Origin: Flavobacteriales bacterium
GTDB lineage: Bacteria; Bacteroidota; Bacteroidia; Flavobacteriales_D; UBA2798
Direction of reading: 5' to 3'
DNA: 64,000 bases
NCBI GenBank assembly: GCA_037443205.1
Contig: JBBIOU010000015.1
Coordinates: 9,800-73,799, forward strand
This document shows positions 48,164-58,086 of the stretch, piece by piece (position 1 is the first letter of the stretch; each line of letters begins with the position of its first letter). The translations under genes were made by a program, and so were the position numbers. The notes under the pieces are model-generated. The model saw only the letters and a program-made list of their open reading frames with translations. It was not told where the DNA came from and did no database searches.

Positions 48164-48976
48164 ATGGCACAAGATCTTTTAAAAGGAAAAAGAGGCATTA
48201 TAACCGGAGCGCTTGACGAAAACTCTATTGCCTGGAAAGTAGCCGAAAGGGCACACCAACAAGGAGCAAAATTTACATTAACCAACGCACCCATTGCTAT
48301 GCGTATGGGGCAAATAAATAAACTGGCCGAAACAACAGGTTCAAGTGTAATACCCGCTGACGCTACCAACATAGAAGACATAAAAAATCTGTATGAAAAA
48401 AGCATGGAGGTTTTAGGCGGTAAAATTGATTTTGTTTTACACTCTATCGGTATGTCGCCTAATGTGCGTAAAAATATTCCATATACAGAATTAAACTATG
48501 ATTTTTACAACAAAAGCATAGATGTTAGTGCTATTTCTTTACATAAAATGTTAAGCGTGGCTTATAAAATGGATGCATTAAATCAGGAAGCCAGTGTAGT
48601 AGCGCTATCATACATTGCTGCACAAAGAGCCTACCCGTTCTACAACGATATGGCCGAAGCAAAAGCCATGCTCGAATCCATTGTAAGAAGTTTTGGTTAT
48701 CACTACGGAAAAGCTAAAAAAGTACGTATAAATTCAGTTTCGCAATCGCCTACCAAAACTACTGCAGGAACAGGTATAAAAGGGTTTGACGATTTTTTTC
48801 ATTTTGCCGAATCACTTTCGCCTTTGGGTAATGCAAGTGCAGAAAGTTGCGCAGATTTTTGCGTTGTTTTATTTTCTGACCTTTGCAAAATGGTTACCAT
48901 GCAAAACATTTACCATGATGGTGGCTATTCAACTACCGGTGTAAGTATGGAGGCAATAGAAAAATTTAAAGGTTAA
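48164..48976 (+). CDS. fabI: Enoyl-[acyl-carrier-protein] reductase (NADH)
   Basis: MAQDLLKGKRGIITGALDENSIAW and the SxxAxxAxPxYNxMxxAK catalytic Tyr/Lys region (SYIAAQRAYPFYNDMAEAK). Confidence 0.85.
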   Translation: MAQDLLKGKRGIITGALDENSIAWKVAERAHQQGAKFTLTNAPIAMRMGQINKLAETTGSSVIPADATNIEDIKNLYEKSMEVLGGKIDFVLHSIGMSPNVRKNIPYTELNYDFYNKSIDVSAISLHKMLSVAYKMDALNQEASVVALSYIAAQRAYPFYNDMAEAKAMLESIVRSFGYHYGKAKKVRINSVSQSPTKTTAGTGIKGFDDFFHFAESLSPLGNASAESCADFCVVLFSDLCKMVTMQNIYHDGGYSTTGVSMEAIEKFKG

Positions 48977-49029
48977 ATAATTCAGTTCTTTATACTTATT
49001 CGTTAAATAACCATATTAACTTGCTACAT

Positions 49030-49046
49030 TGAGGGGTTACCCCTCA
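49030..49046 (+). terminator. Possible fabI terminator hairpin
   Basis: tgagggg-tta-cccctca followed by tgcccccattttt, 54 nt past the fabI stop. Confidence 0.35.
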
Positions 49047-49068
49047 TGCCCCCATTTTTGATACTCAG

Positions 49069-49076
49069 TAAATTTG
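49069..49076 (+). promoter_or_regulatory. -7 box (TAnnTTTG) upstream of SprB-repeat adhesin gene
   Basis: taaatttg, 18 nt upstream of ATG 49094. It lies downstream of the ORF-track start at 49046, which favours 49094. Confidence 0.45.
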
Positions 49077-49093
49077 CAGTAAACTGCCCGAGT

Positions 49094-52000
49094 ATGAAAA
49101 AAAATTTATTCTTCCTGTTTTTAATATTTACCGGCTTATTAAGTGCTCAGAATATACAAAAAACAAATAAAAGCTGGAAAGCAGATTTTGGCGATGTAAA
49201 ATGCTTTATCGAAAACCGCGGACAATTTAAAGTATCAGACAATAAAGAATTAAACGCTCAAATAAAATTTGCTTTTGACGGTCATAACGAGCGGTATTTG
49301 TTTACGCCTCAGGGAGTAGTAATAGAATTAATCAACAAAGAAAAAATCATTAAAACCCCCGAAGAAAGAGCTGCCAGAAAAGAAAGAAAAAAACAAGGTT
49401 TTTCATCCGATAAAGAATTTTATGAATATGAAACTGGCGAAAAGTTAAAGACCATCGCGAATATTTGTTTGCAAACTGGATTGACGCCAACCCGCAAGTA
49501 GAAATTATTGCCGAGCAAAAAAACACTTATTATCACAGTTACTGCATCGAAAACGAATCAGGCGATGAAATAAACATCAATTACATTCCCTCTTACAATA
49601 AATTAATTTATAAAAATATTTACCCGAATATTGATGTAATATACGAATTCCATCCGGTTAAAGGATTAAAATATTCGCTGGTAGTAAAACCTGGCGCTGA
49701 ACTAAGCCGTGTAAAACTTCAGTATTCAAAAAACTGTAAATTACTGTTAAACGGAACTATAGAAACACCCACAAAATTCGGAGATATAATTGACCATAAA
49801 CCGGTAACATTTTATGCAAACAATAAAAACAAAATTATATCCTCGGCATACGAATTAAAAGATGGGATAATCAGTTTTAAAATTGGTGATTACGATCAAA
49901 GCAAAACCATTATCATAGACCCTTGGACCCAAACGCCAAATTTTCCGAATACCAACTGGGACAGCGTTTGGGAATGTGAAAGAGACGGTGCCGGGAATGT
50001 ATATATTATAGGCGGTACATCACCTTTAGAATTAAGAAAATACAATGCGGCAGGAGTACAACAATGGATTTATAACACTACTTACGATACAACAGAATGG
50101 TTAGGAACATTTGCAACCGACTTAAACGGAATCTCATACGTAGCCAATGGTTCACCTGCAAGAATACGAAGTGTTAGTACGGCCGGAGCAACTATCTGGA
50201 ACAATAATAATCCGGGCGGTATTTTTACTTCTACCGAATTTTGGAATATTACTTTTAACTGCGATCAAACACAATTGGTTATTGCAGGAACAGGGGGCGT
50301 ACTTCCTCCGCTGCCTTACATTTACCGTATAAACATGACTAATGGAAATGTAATAAACAGCCAGCAGGTATGCGGAAGTTCTATAACACCTACCGGTACA
50401 CAAGAAGTACGTTCTATTACCCCCTGCAACAATGGTAAATATTATTTTTTAACCCATGATACCATTGGTTATATCCACCAAAGTTTAAGCAGTTGCTTAC
50501 AAGGCGGACAACCTTTTCATGTTAACAACGGAATAGATTTGGGTTATAAATGCGAAAATTTCAGATATAACAATACCGGGATTATGGCTTTGGCTTATTA
50601 TAACGGTTTTGTATTTGTACATAGAGGGAATCAATTACAAAAAAGAGATTTTAACACTGCAGCAGTTGTAGCAACAGCAAATATTCCCGGAGGTGTGTTT
50701 AACAATGTATTCTTAAGCGGAAATGAAGTTGGATGCAGCGGAATTGATATAGATGACTGCGGAAATATTTATGTAGGCTCTACAAATGGTGTATATAGAT
50801 TTAATCAATCATTAACACAAACCGGTTCTTTTGCCACTTCGTTTAATGTGTATGATGTTGAGGTAAATTCGGGGGGCGAAGTAATTGCCTGCGGTTCTAC
50901 CGGTAACCAAAACTCTGCCACACGCACCGGTAGCATTCAATCGTTTGCGGCTTCTGCCTGTAACCCGCAAGCCATAGTTTGCTGCGATGCAACCATTTGT
51001 AATGCCGGGCCACTATGTACTACCGATCCGGCTATAAATCTTACCGTAATGACACCCGGAGGAACCTGGTCGGCATCTTGCGGTACTTGTATTAATTCAG
51101 CAGGTACCTTTAATCCCTCAACTGCAGGAGCAGGTACACATACAATCATATATACACTAGGTTGCGGTGCCGACTCCATACAAATTACCGTAAACAACTG
51201 CTCTCCGCTATCTGTATGTGTAGAACAAAACGGCACCCTCACCGTAAGCGGAGGAACAGGGCCGTATACCTGGAGCCAATGGAATCCGGGAGGATCAACG
51301 CCTATTACTAATCAAACGCAATGTCTTTCTTGTAACCCCTCTTACACATGGCTTGCTTTTCCTCCACCCGGGCAATGTTTAAATGGCGTTATACCGGTTA
51401 ATACATGCAATGTACCTGCCGGTTATCAAACCTACGCTACCGGCAGCAATGCTCCCGCACCTACTCAATTTCCTGCTCAGGTGCAAGATAATACCGGGCA
51501 AACATTTACCATCAATAATTTAGGTTCACTACCTAACTGCACCTCTTGCCCAACTATCACCGTAAGCACAAGTTCTATCAACCAACCCGCCTGCAACGGA
51601 GGCACAGGCTCAGCAACAGTAAATGCCAGCGGAGGTACAGGACCCTATACCTACTTGTGGACACCGGGAAATTTAAACGGAGCTACACAAAACAATTTAT
51701 TGCCGGGTACTTATACCGTTACAGCTACCGATAATAACAACTGTACAGGTACAACAACCGTAGTTATTAATAACCCTCCTGCCATAAATATTAATGTAAC
51801 CAACAATACACCTGCTACTTGTGGAAATAGCAACGGCAGCATAACGGTAAGTGCCAGTGGCGGTACCGGAACATTGTCTTATTCGTGGAGCCCAAGCGGG
51901 CAAACCGGACCAACAGCCAATAACTTGCCGGGAGGACCCCATACGGTTACCGTTACCGATGCCAATGGATGTACGGCTAACCAAAACATAACTGTAAGCA

Positions 52001-53436
52001 GCACCGGAGGACCAACATTAAGCATCCAATCGCAAAACAATGTAAGTTGTTTTGGAGGCAATGATGGTTCGGCTACCATATCTGCCTCGGGTGGACAAAC
52101 GCCATACAGCTACTCCTGGAGCCCGAGTGGCGGAAACAATCCTGTTGGAACCAATCTTAGCGCAGGAACCTACACAGTGACTGTAACCGATGCTGCGGGA
52201 TGTGTTTCAACCATTGATGTTACCATCACGCAACCGGCAAGCGCCTTAACTGTAAGCACTACTACTACCAACAGTTCGTGTACAGCCAATACCGGAACTG
52301 CTACTGCCAACCCTACTGGCGGCACAGGCCCATACTCCTACAGTTGGAACACTTCACCGATTCAAAATACACAAACAGCCAATAATTTAGGTTTAGGTAC
52401 CTATGTAGTTACCGTAACCGATGCCAACGGCTGTCAAGCTACTGATACAGCCATAGTAACCAATCCAAACGCTCCAAGCATTTCATTGGTATCTCAAAGC
52501 AACGTTACCTGTAACGGAAATACTAATGGTAGCGCAACCGTTAGCGCCAGCGGAGGTACCGGAACACTCTCTATTACCTGGAATACTACCCCGGTGCAAA
52601 CAGGAACCACAGCCAGTAATCTGCCTGCGGGAACCTATGTAGCTACAGTTACCGACCAAAACAGTTGTTCTGCAACAGTAAGCATTACTATTACTGAACC
52701 TGCACCACTTACGGTAAGTATCAGCACGAGTCCTTCTAACTGTGCAGCCTCTGACGGTACTGCCACTGCTAATGCAAGCGGTGGAACAGGTCCCTACACT
52801 TACTCCTGGAGCAATACAGCCACCACACAAACAGTAAATAACTTACCTGCAGGACCCATCAGTGTAAATATTACCGATGCCAATGGATGTACTGCAAATG
52901 CTACGGCAAATATTACAACTATCAACACTGCAAACATTAATGCTGTTCCCCCGTTTGTTACTATCACACAAGGTGAAAGTACAACCTTAACCGCTACCGG
53001 TGGAGTAACTTATACCTGGACACCCGCCAGCGGATTAAGTTGCACGAACTGCCCCAACCCTACAGCCAGCCCTTCGCAAACTACCGTATATTACGTAAGC
53101 GGAGTTGATGCCAACGGCTGTTTTGGAACAGATAGTGTTATTGTATATGTAGATTTACCCTGTGGTGAAATATTTGTGCCTAATGCCTTTTCGCCCAATA
53201 ATGACGGGCAAAATGATAAATTATGTATCTTGGGTGGTTGTTTCCTGTCATTAGATTTTATGATTTTTGACCGATGGGGTGAAAAAGTATTTGAAGCAAC
53301 AAGCACCTCACTATGCTGGGATGGAATATTCAGAGGCAAGCCCATGAATCCCGCTGTATTTTACTACATTCTGAAAGCCACCCTTACTACCGGTGAAACC
53401 ATCGAAAAAAAGGGCAACATCACTTTAATCAGGTAA
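49094..53436 (+). pseudogene. Large SprB-repeat T9SS adhesin-like gene (type-B CTD), split by an apparent 1-nt frameshift near 49440
   Basis: ORF 49094-49501 carries the signal peptide (MKKNLFFLFLIFTGLLSAQN) and the start of the conserved N-terminal domain. ORF 49465-53436 continues that domain (LFANWIDANPQVEI...) in the +1 frame, which opens only at 49432. The C-terminus FVPNAFSPNNDGQNDKLCI...IFDRWGEKVF...WDGIFRGKPMNPAVFYYIL...GNITLIR is a type-B CTD. Confidence 0.7.
51547..52925 (+). repeat. Six tandem ~75-78-aa SprB-type repeats (coding)
   Basis: The recurring unit is C.G..(N/D)G(S/T)AT(V/A)(N/S)ASGG(T/Q)GP(Y/L)(T/S)YSW(S/T/N)....G.T..NL..G.Y.VTVTD.NGC. Confidence 0.8.
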
Positions 53437-53456
53437 TAATTAATTATTGAATTGAT

Positions 53457-54500
53457 ATGACTATGAAAAAAATTATTTGCATAATAATCATCAACTTGGC
53501 TGTGCTAAGTCTTAAAGCACAAGATATACATTTTAGTATGTTTCATTTTTCTCCTTTAAATATCAATCCTGCAAATTGCGGAGTTGAAAATGATTTACGT
53601 GTTGCTTTAAATTATCGCAATCAATGGCGCTCGGTTGCCAATCCTTACAGCACCATTGCCGGAAGCTACGACATGCGCTTATCTAAATCAAAATCAGGAA
53701 TTTTTGCCATGGGTATAAATTTTTACAACGACCGCGCGGGCGATTCTAAAATGGGTATTACACAAGCTAATCTTGCTGCGGCATATCATCTTATTTTAAA
53801 CAGAGAACAAACCATCGGCTTAGGTATTAATACCGGTTTCGCGCAACGTTCATTAACTGGGGGTAGTGCATTGATGTGGGGAAATCAATATGACGGTACT
53901 AATTACAACCCCGCTTTGCCAACGGGTGAACCATTTGGAAACTCCTTTAGCACAAGTTATTTAGATGCTGCTGCAGGCATTATCTATTCATACAGGCAGG
54001 AAGAAAAATACATTACAGGAAATGATCACTTTGCAGCAAATGTTGGATTTTCTGTGTCTCATGTGCATCAGCCTAACATATCCTTTTACGGAGCTAAAGA
54101 ACTGCTTTACAGAAAATACATTTTTCACACCAATGCTATCATAGGAGTACCCAACTCAAGAGTATCCTTTACTCCCGGTATAATGTACGCGCTGCAAGGA
54201 CCTGCGCGCGAGCTATTGTTTGGTACTGCATTGCGTTATCGCCTGCAGGAAGACGCTAAATATACCGGCTTTATTACAGGCGCTGCCATGTCTTTAGGAA
54301 TATGGTACAGAAATCGCGATGCAGTGAGTTTAACCACCCTGTTACAATGGGGAGGATATAGCATTGGTTTTGCTTATGATATTAATATTTCTGACCTGAG
54401 CAAAGCCAGCAGTGGCAGAGGCGGTTTTGAATTGCACGGGAGATATGTTTTACCTAATCCACAATCTATCCGCAAAAGCGGATCCACGCGTTTTTTATAA
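53457..54500 (+). CDS. PorP/SprF-family type IX secretion membrane protein
   Basis: AQDIHFSMFHFSPLNINPANCG hallmark. Starts 21 nt downstream of the adhesin gene. Confidence 0.85.
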   Translation: MTMKKIICIIIINLAVLSLKAQDIHFSMFHFSPLNINPANCGVENDLRVALNYRNQWRSVANPYSTIAGSYDMRLSKSKSGIFAMGINFYNDRAGDSKMGITQANLAAAYHLILNREQTIGLGINTGFAQRSLTGGSALMWGNQYDGTNYNPALPTGEPFGNSFSTSYLDAAAGIIYSYRQEEKYITGNDHFAANVGFSVSHVHQPNISFYGAKELLYRKYIFHTNAIIGVPNSRVSFTPGIMYALQGPARELLFGTALRYRLQEDAKYTGFITGAAMSLGIWYRNRDAVSLTTLLQWGGYSIGFAYDINISDLSKASSGRGGFELHGRYVLPNPQSIRKSGSTRFL

Positions 54501-54583
54501 ACACGATATACCCGCTTATGATTGACTTTTACTACTTGATTTCGCAACTCAGAAAAATGTTGTGAAAGATGAGCGTATAGAGT

Positions 54584-55354
54584 TTAATCTTTTGCAGTTT
54601 CTAAAAACTGTGTTAAATATATAAAATCATCTACACTTAATTGCTCCGGACGTTTATCTAACAGCCAATGTTCTTTTTTGTTTGTGTTAATAGATTTGAT
54701 GGAATTTCTGAGAGTTTTTCTGCGTTGATTAAATGCTGTTTTCACCAATGTAAAAAACAATTCTTCCTTGCAGGGCAATGCTGTTCTTATTCTTTGTAAG
54801 CGTATAACACCTGATTTAACTTTTGGCGGAGGCAAAAACACTGTTTCGTTAACCGTAAATAAATACTCTACCTGATAATAAGCCTGTGTTAATACACTTA
54901 AAATACCGTAGGTTTTGCTGCCCGGCTTTTCGCATATACGCTGTGCTACTTCTTTCTGAAACATACCTGCCATTTCGGGTATGAAACATCTGTTTGCTAA
55001 AATTTTAAATACGATTTGTGTAGAAATGTTGTAAGGAAAATTACCAATAACAGCAAATTGTTCACCGGTAAAAATTTCTGATAAATTACTCTTTAAAAAA
55101 TCGGTTTCGATGATATGTATGTTATTGTTGCTAAAGTGATGGCGCAAATACGTTACCGATTCTTTGTCTATTTCGATTAATTTAAGTTTATAGGGTAATT
55201 TAATTAAGTATTGAGTAAGCGCACCGGTACCCGGACCTATTTCTAATAAATTATTGTATGCACCATATCCTGTTAAGGTATTTGCTATTTTTTGTGCAGT
55301 ATTTTTATCGTGCAAAAAATGTTGTCCTAAATATTTTTTGGGTTTAACCGGCAT
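54584..55354 (-). CDS. rsmA: 16S rRNA (adenine1518/1519-N6)-dimethyltransferase
   Basis: [21 protein letters not shown] and GNFPYNIST motifs. Confidence 0.9.
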   Translation of the reverse strand: MPVKPKKYLGQHFLHDKNTAQKIANTLTGYGAYNNLLEIGPGTGALTQYLIKLPYKLKLIEIDKESVTYLRHHFSNNNIHIIETDFLKSNLSEIFTGEQFAVIGNFPYNISTQIVFKILANRCFIPEMAGMFQKEVAQRICEKPGSKTYGILSVLTQAYYQVEYLFTVNETVFLPPPKVKSGVIRLQRIRTALPCKEELFFTLVKTAFNQRRKTLRNSIKSINTNKKEHWLLDKRPEQLSVDDFIYLTQFLETAKD

Positions 55355-55672
55355 TTATTTGTTACTGTCAATATGAACCACTTCCAGTAAAGTTCTAAAT
55401 GCTCCAAACTTACCTGCATATCTCAAGGCATGTTGTTCTCTTAACTGCGGAGCATATTCCAACTCATATTTTTTAAATGTAGGCATATCTTTACATAGAT
55501 ATTGTATAGAATAACTTATTCCGCCTTGTTCTTCTGCAAGTATGCGGCATATTTTATTTTCTATAAACATGCCTGTTTTCATCACATCGGGTATGTGCAC
55601 CTCTTTCATCCATTTAAGCCACTCATCGTGCACATCAGCATCAATATTGATGGTTATATTGTATAAAATCAT
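55355..55672 (-). CDS. DUF4286-like protein
   Basis: MILYNITINIDADVHDEWLKWMKEVHIPDVMKTGMF matches my recollection of DUF4286. Abuts rsmA. Confidence 0.5.
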   Translation of the reverse strand: MILYNITINIDADVHDEWLKWMKEVHIPDVMKTGMFIENKICRILAEEQGGISYSIQYLCKDMPTFKKYELEYAPQLREQHALRYAGKFGAFRTLLEVVHIDSNK

Positions 55673-57519
55673 TGTTTGATTTCTTTATTAAAATTATTGT
55701 TGTTATAAATTTTATCATCTCCTCTAAGCTCGCGGTATATTCTTCTTGCTTCAACAACGTAAAGGCTGCCGGGATAATCAAATATTATTTTTTTATATAG
55801 TTCGGCAGCTTTTTGATTGTTTTTATAGTAATATAATTCTAATTCGGCAAGATTAAAGAGTGCATCATCTGCTAAAATATCCTGCGAATGTTCATCAATT
55901 ATTTTTTTTAGCTGAGCTGCTGCTGCATCATAATCACCTTTTTTCTTGGCAATTTCGTAGCGTAAATAATGTACATCATCTTTTAATGAGTGCCAGGGAT
56001 ATTTGCCGGTTAAGGTGTCTAATACTTGTTCTGCTTCCTGTATTTTGTTTTGAAATTTTAATAAATCGGCACGGGCAAAATAAGTCAGCGGCTCCACAAG
56101 CGAATCCATTCCTATATTATCTGTAATTAATAATGACAAATACATGGCATCGTTACTTATAAGTTTGGATGTTGCATTTTTCAATACATCTAATTGTGCT
56201 TTTGCCCAGTTAAAATCGCTGGTATAAAATGAAATCTTTGCGTTTCTGAATTTTGCTTCGTGCCCGATCGGTTCATTTTTATTTGCTTTTTCAACTTGCG
56301 AGTAAAGCAGTGAGGCATCCCAAATTTCTCCTTTTATAAGCATCAAATCGGCATATTCGAGTTTTATTTCCGATTTGGTTTTGGGGTTTATGCCCGGCAT
56401 TAATAACAGATCATTTAAAAGGTTAGTTGCTCCTTCAATATCATGGGTATAAAAAGCTTTAACCTTTGCCCAGGAGCGTATTAAATTTACTGTTGAAGTG
56501 TTTTTTCCTAATTCTTGCAGGGTTAATTCATAATTTTTTTCCAGTAGTATAAGTTCTTCATTCGAATAAATTCCTTTGCCAACTATTTTTTTATAAAGCA
56601 CTTCAAGTAATTGCACCTTGCTGTCGTTGTAAAACGGATAAGAATCTCCTTTTTCTACCACATATTCGAAGGCTTTAACAGCTATATCTAATTGTTCATT
56701 ATCTAAGCAACTAATGCCAAACTCAAACATGGCTTGTCCGTCAGCCTTGGTACGTTTATCAATGGCTTTTAGTTGAGTGTAGGCGGATGCAAAATCACCT
56801 TTTTGTTTATAGAACCATATTAACATATCATTATAAACAAAGCTGTTGGGGCTTTTTTGCAGTCGTTTAATGATTTCGGTTCTTAATATTTCCGTTTTTT
56901 CATTGTCTGCCTGTTCAAAAGGGATGACGTATGATAAATTGTTTTGTATGGTATTTAAATATCCTTCACTGATATCTAACAAGTTTAAATATTCATCAAT
57001 CATACGTTGCGAATCACCTTTAACAGCATATACTTCGGCCTTTTGCAGGTTGTAAGTATTTTGCGAATTTATTTTATATGCTTTTTCATAGGTTTTTAAA
57101 GCATAGTCGTATTCTTCTTTTTCTTTAAATGCGTTTGCCAGATTAATTGATTGGTTATAATCTCCGTTTAATTCTTTGATGGCGTTTTCGTATTCTTTTT
57201 TTGCTTTTGATATATCGTTTTGTAACTTATATAAATAACCTAAATCAACATAAAATTTAAGTTGTTCCGGAAATCGTTTATGTTGTTTTTTAATGAGTTT
57301 TTCTGCTTCTTTATAGTTTTTTAGTTCTATCAGGCATTTCAGGTAATAGTTGTAAAATATATCGTTAGGGTTTTTATCGTATAATTTCTCATAATAAAGT
57401 GCTGCTTTATCAAACTCTCCGTTCTGAAAATATTGTACAGCCAATTGCTGATCGGTGTTGGGCTGAGCCGATAATTTACAAGGGATACAAAGTAATATGA
57501 TAAAAAAGTATTTTGTCAA
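55669..57519 (-). CDS. Tetratricopeptide-repeat protein (secreted)
   Basis: Signal peptide and many A..YY/..G.Y..A TPR-like helical repeats. Confidence 0.7.
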   Translation of the reverse strand: MTKYFFIILLCIPCKLSAQPNTDQQLAVQYFQNGEFDKAALYYEKLYDKNPNDIFYNYYLKCLIELKNYKEAEKLIKKQHKRFPEQLKFYVDLGYLYKLQNDISKAKKEYENAIKELNGDYNQSINLANAFKEKEEYDYALKTYEKAYKINSQNTYNLQKAEVYAVKGDSQRMIDEYLNLLDISEGYLNTIQNNLSYVIPFEQADNEKTEILRTEIIKRLQKSPNSFVYNDMLIWFYKQKGDFASAYTQLKAIDKRTKADGQAMFEFGISCLDNEQLDIAVKAFEYVVEKGDSYPFYNDSKVQLLEVLYKKIVGKGIYSNEELILLEKNYELTLQELGKNTSTVNLIRSWAKVKAFYTHDIEGATNLLNDLLLMPGINPKTKSEIKLEYADLMLIKGEIWDASLLYSQVEKANKNEPIGHEAKFRNAKISFYTSDFNWAKAQLDVLKNATSKLISNDAMYLSLLITDNIGMDSLVEPLTYFARADLLKFQNKIQEAEQVLDTLTGKYPWHSLKDDVHYLRYEIAKKKGDYDAAAAQLKKIIDEHSQDILADDALFNLAELELYYYKNNQKAAELYKKIIFDYPGSLYVVEARRIYRELRGDDKIYNNNNFNKEIKQ

Positions 57520-57522
57520 TGT

Positions 57523-58086
57523 TTATTTTATTTTTTTAATACTGTCTAAATACTCAATTTTTTTTAAGAGCAAGGCATTTACCGAATCAAAAGTTTGATA
57601 GTATTGAGGTAAGGTTTGGCTCATACTTTCGAACATTTTTATTACCTGTACACTTGCATCTTTTTCCAGTTCATAATAATAACGCACCGAGTCTTTATTT
57701 ATGATATTATTATTCAAATCGGCCGATAGATTTTTAAGCTGTAGTTGGCAGTAGAGCATTTCTTCTTTTATCTGTAAAAATCTGCGGTAGAAATCAATAT
57801 CAGCTTTTCTGTAGTCTTTGTAAATGGTCATTATCCGTCCTAATTCCTGATCGATTGTATCCGGCACTATTTCTTTTAAACGCGATGTATTATTTCTGGC
57901 TTTAAGTGCAACTTGGTGTAAATTATCCAAATCAAGTGTTTCATATTTTTTCAAACATAGATTAATTTCGTTTGCTAAGCTGTCTATGGTTTTTATTTCT
58001 TGTTTATAACTGTTTCCGCACGAAATAACCGTAAAACACAGCAATATCTGTAAGAGGGTATTTTTCTTCATGTTTTGTTTACTCAA
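57523..58086 (-). CDS. Hypothetical lipoprotein
   Basis: LLQILLCFTVISCGNS lipobox. Overlaps the serS 3' end by 8 nt. Confidence 0.5.
   Translation of the reverse strand: MSKQNMKKNTLLQILLCFTVISCGNSYKQEIKTIDSLANEINLCLKKYETLDLDNLHQVALKARNNTSRLKEIVPDTIDQELGRIMTIYKDYRKADIDFYRRFLQIKEEMLYCQLQLKNLSADLNNNIINKDSVRYYYELEKDASVQVIKMFESMSQTLPQYYQTFDSVNALLLKKIEYLDSIKKIK

Noticed and set aside
49046-49093. Upstream extension of the adhesin ORF (MPPFLILSKFAVNCPS...)
   Set aside because: It starts upstream of the predicted -7 box (49069-49076) and inside the fabI terminator hairpin. ATG 49094 gives a canonical signal peptide.
50937-52830. Several minus-strand ORFs (50937-51242, 51697-51984, 51879-52079, 52483-52830) and the idea that the periodic sequence is a CRISPR-like array
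   Set aside because: The periodicity is ~230 nt of continuous coding sequence for SprB-type protein repeats, with no short identical direct repeats separated by unique spacers. The antisense ORFs are by-products of the Gly/Thr-rich codon composition.
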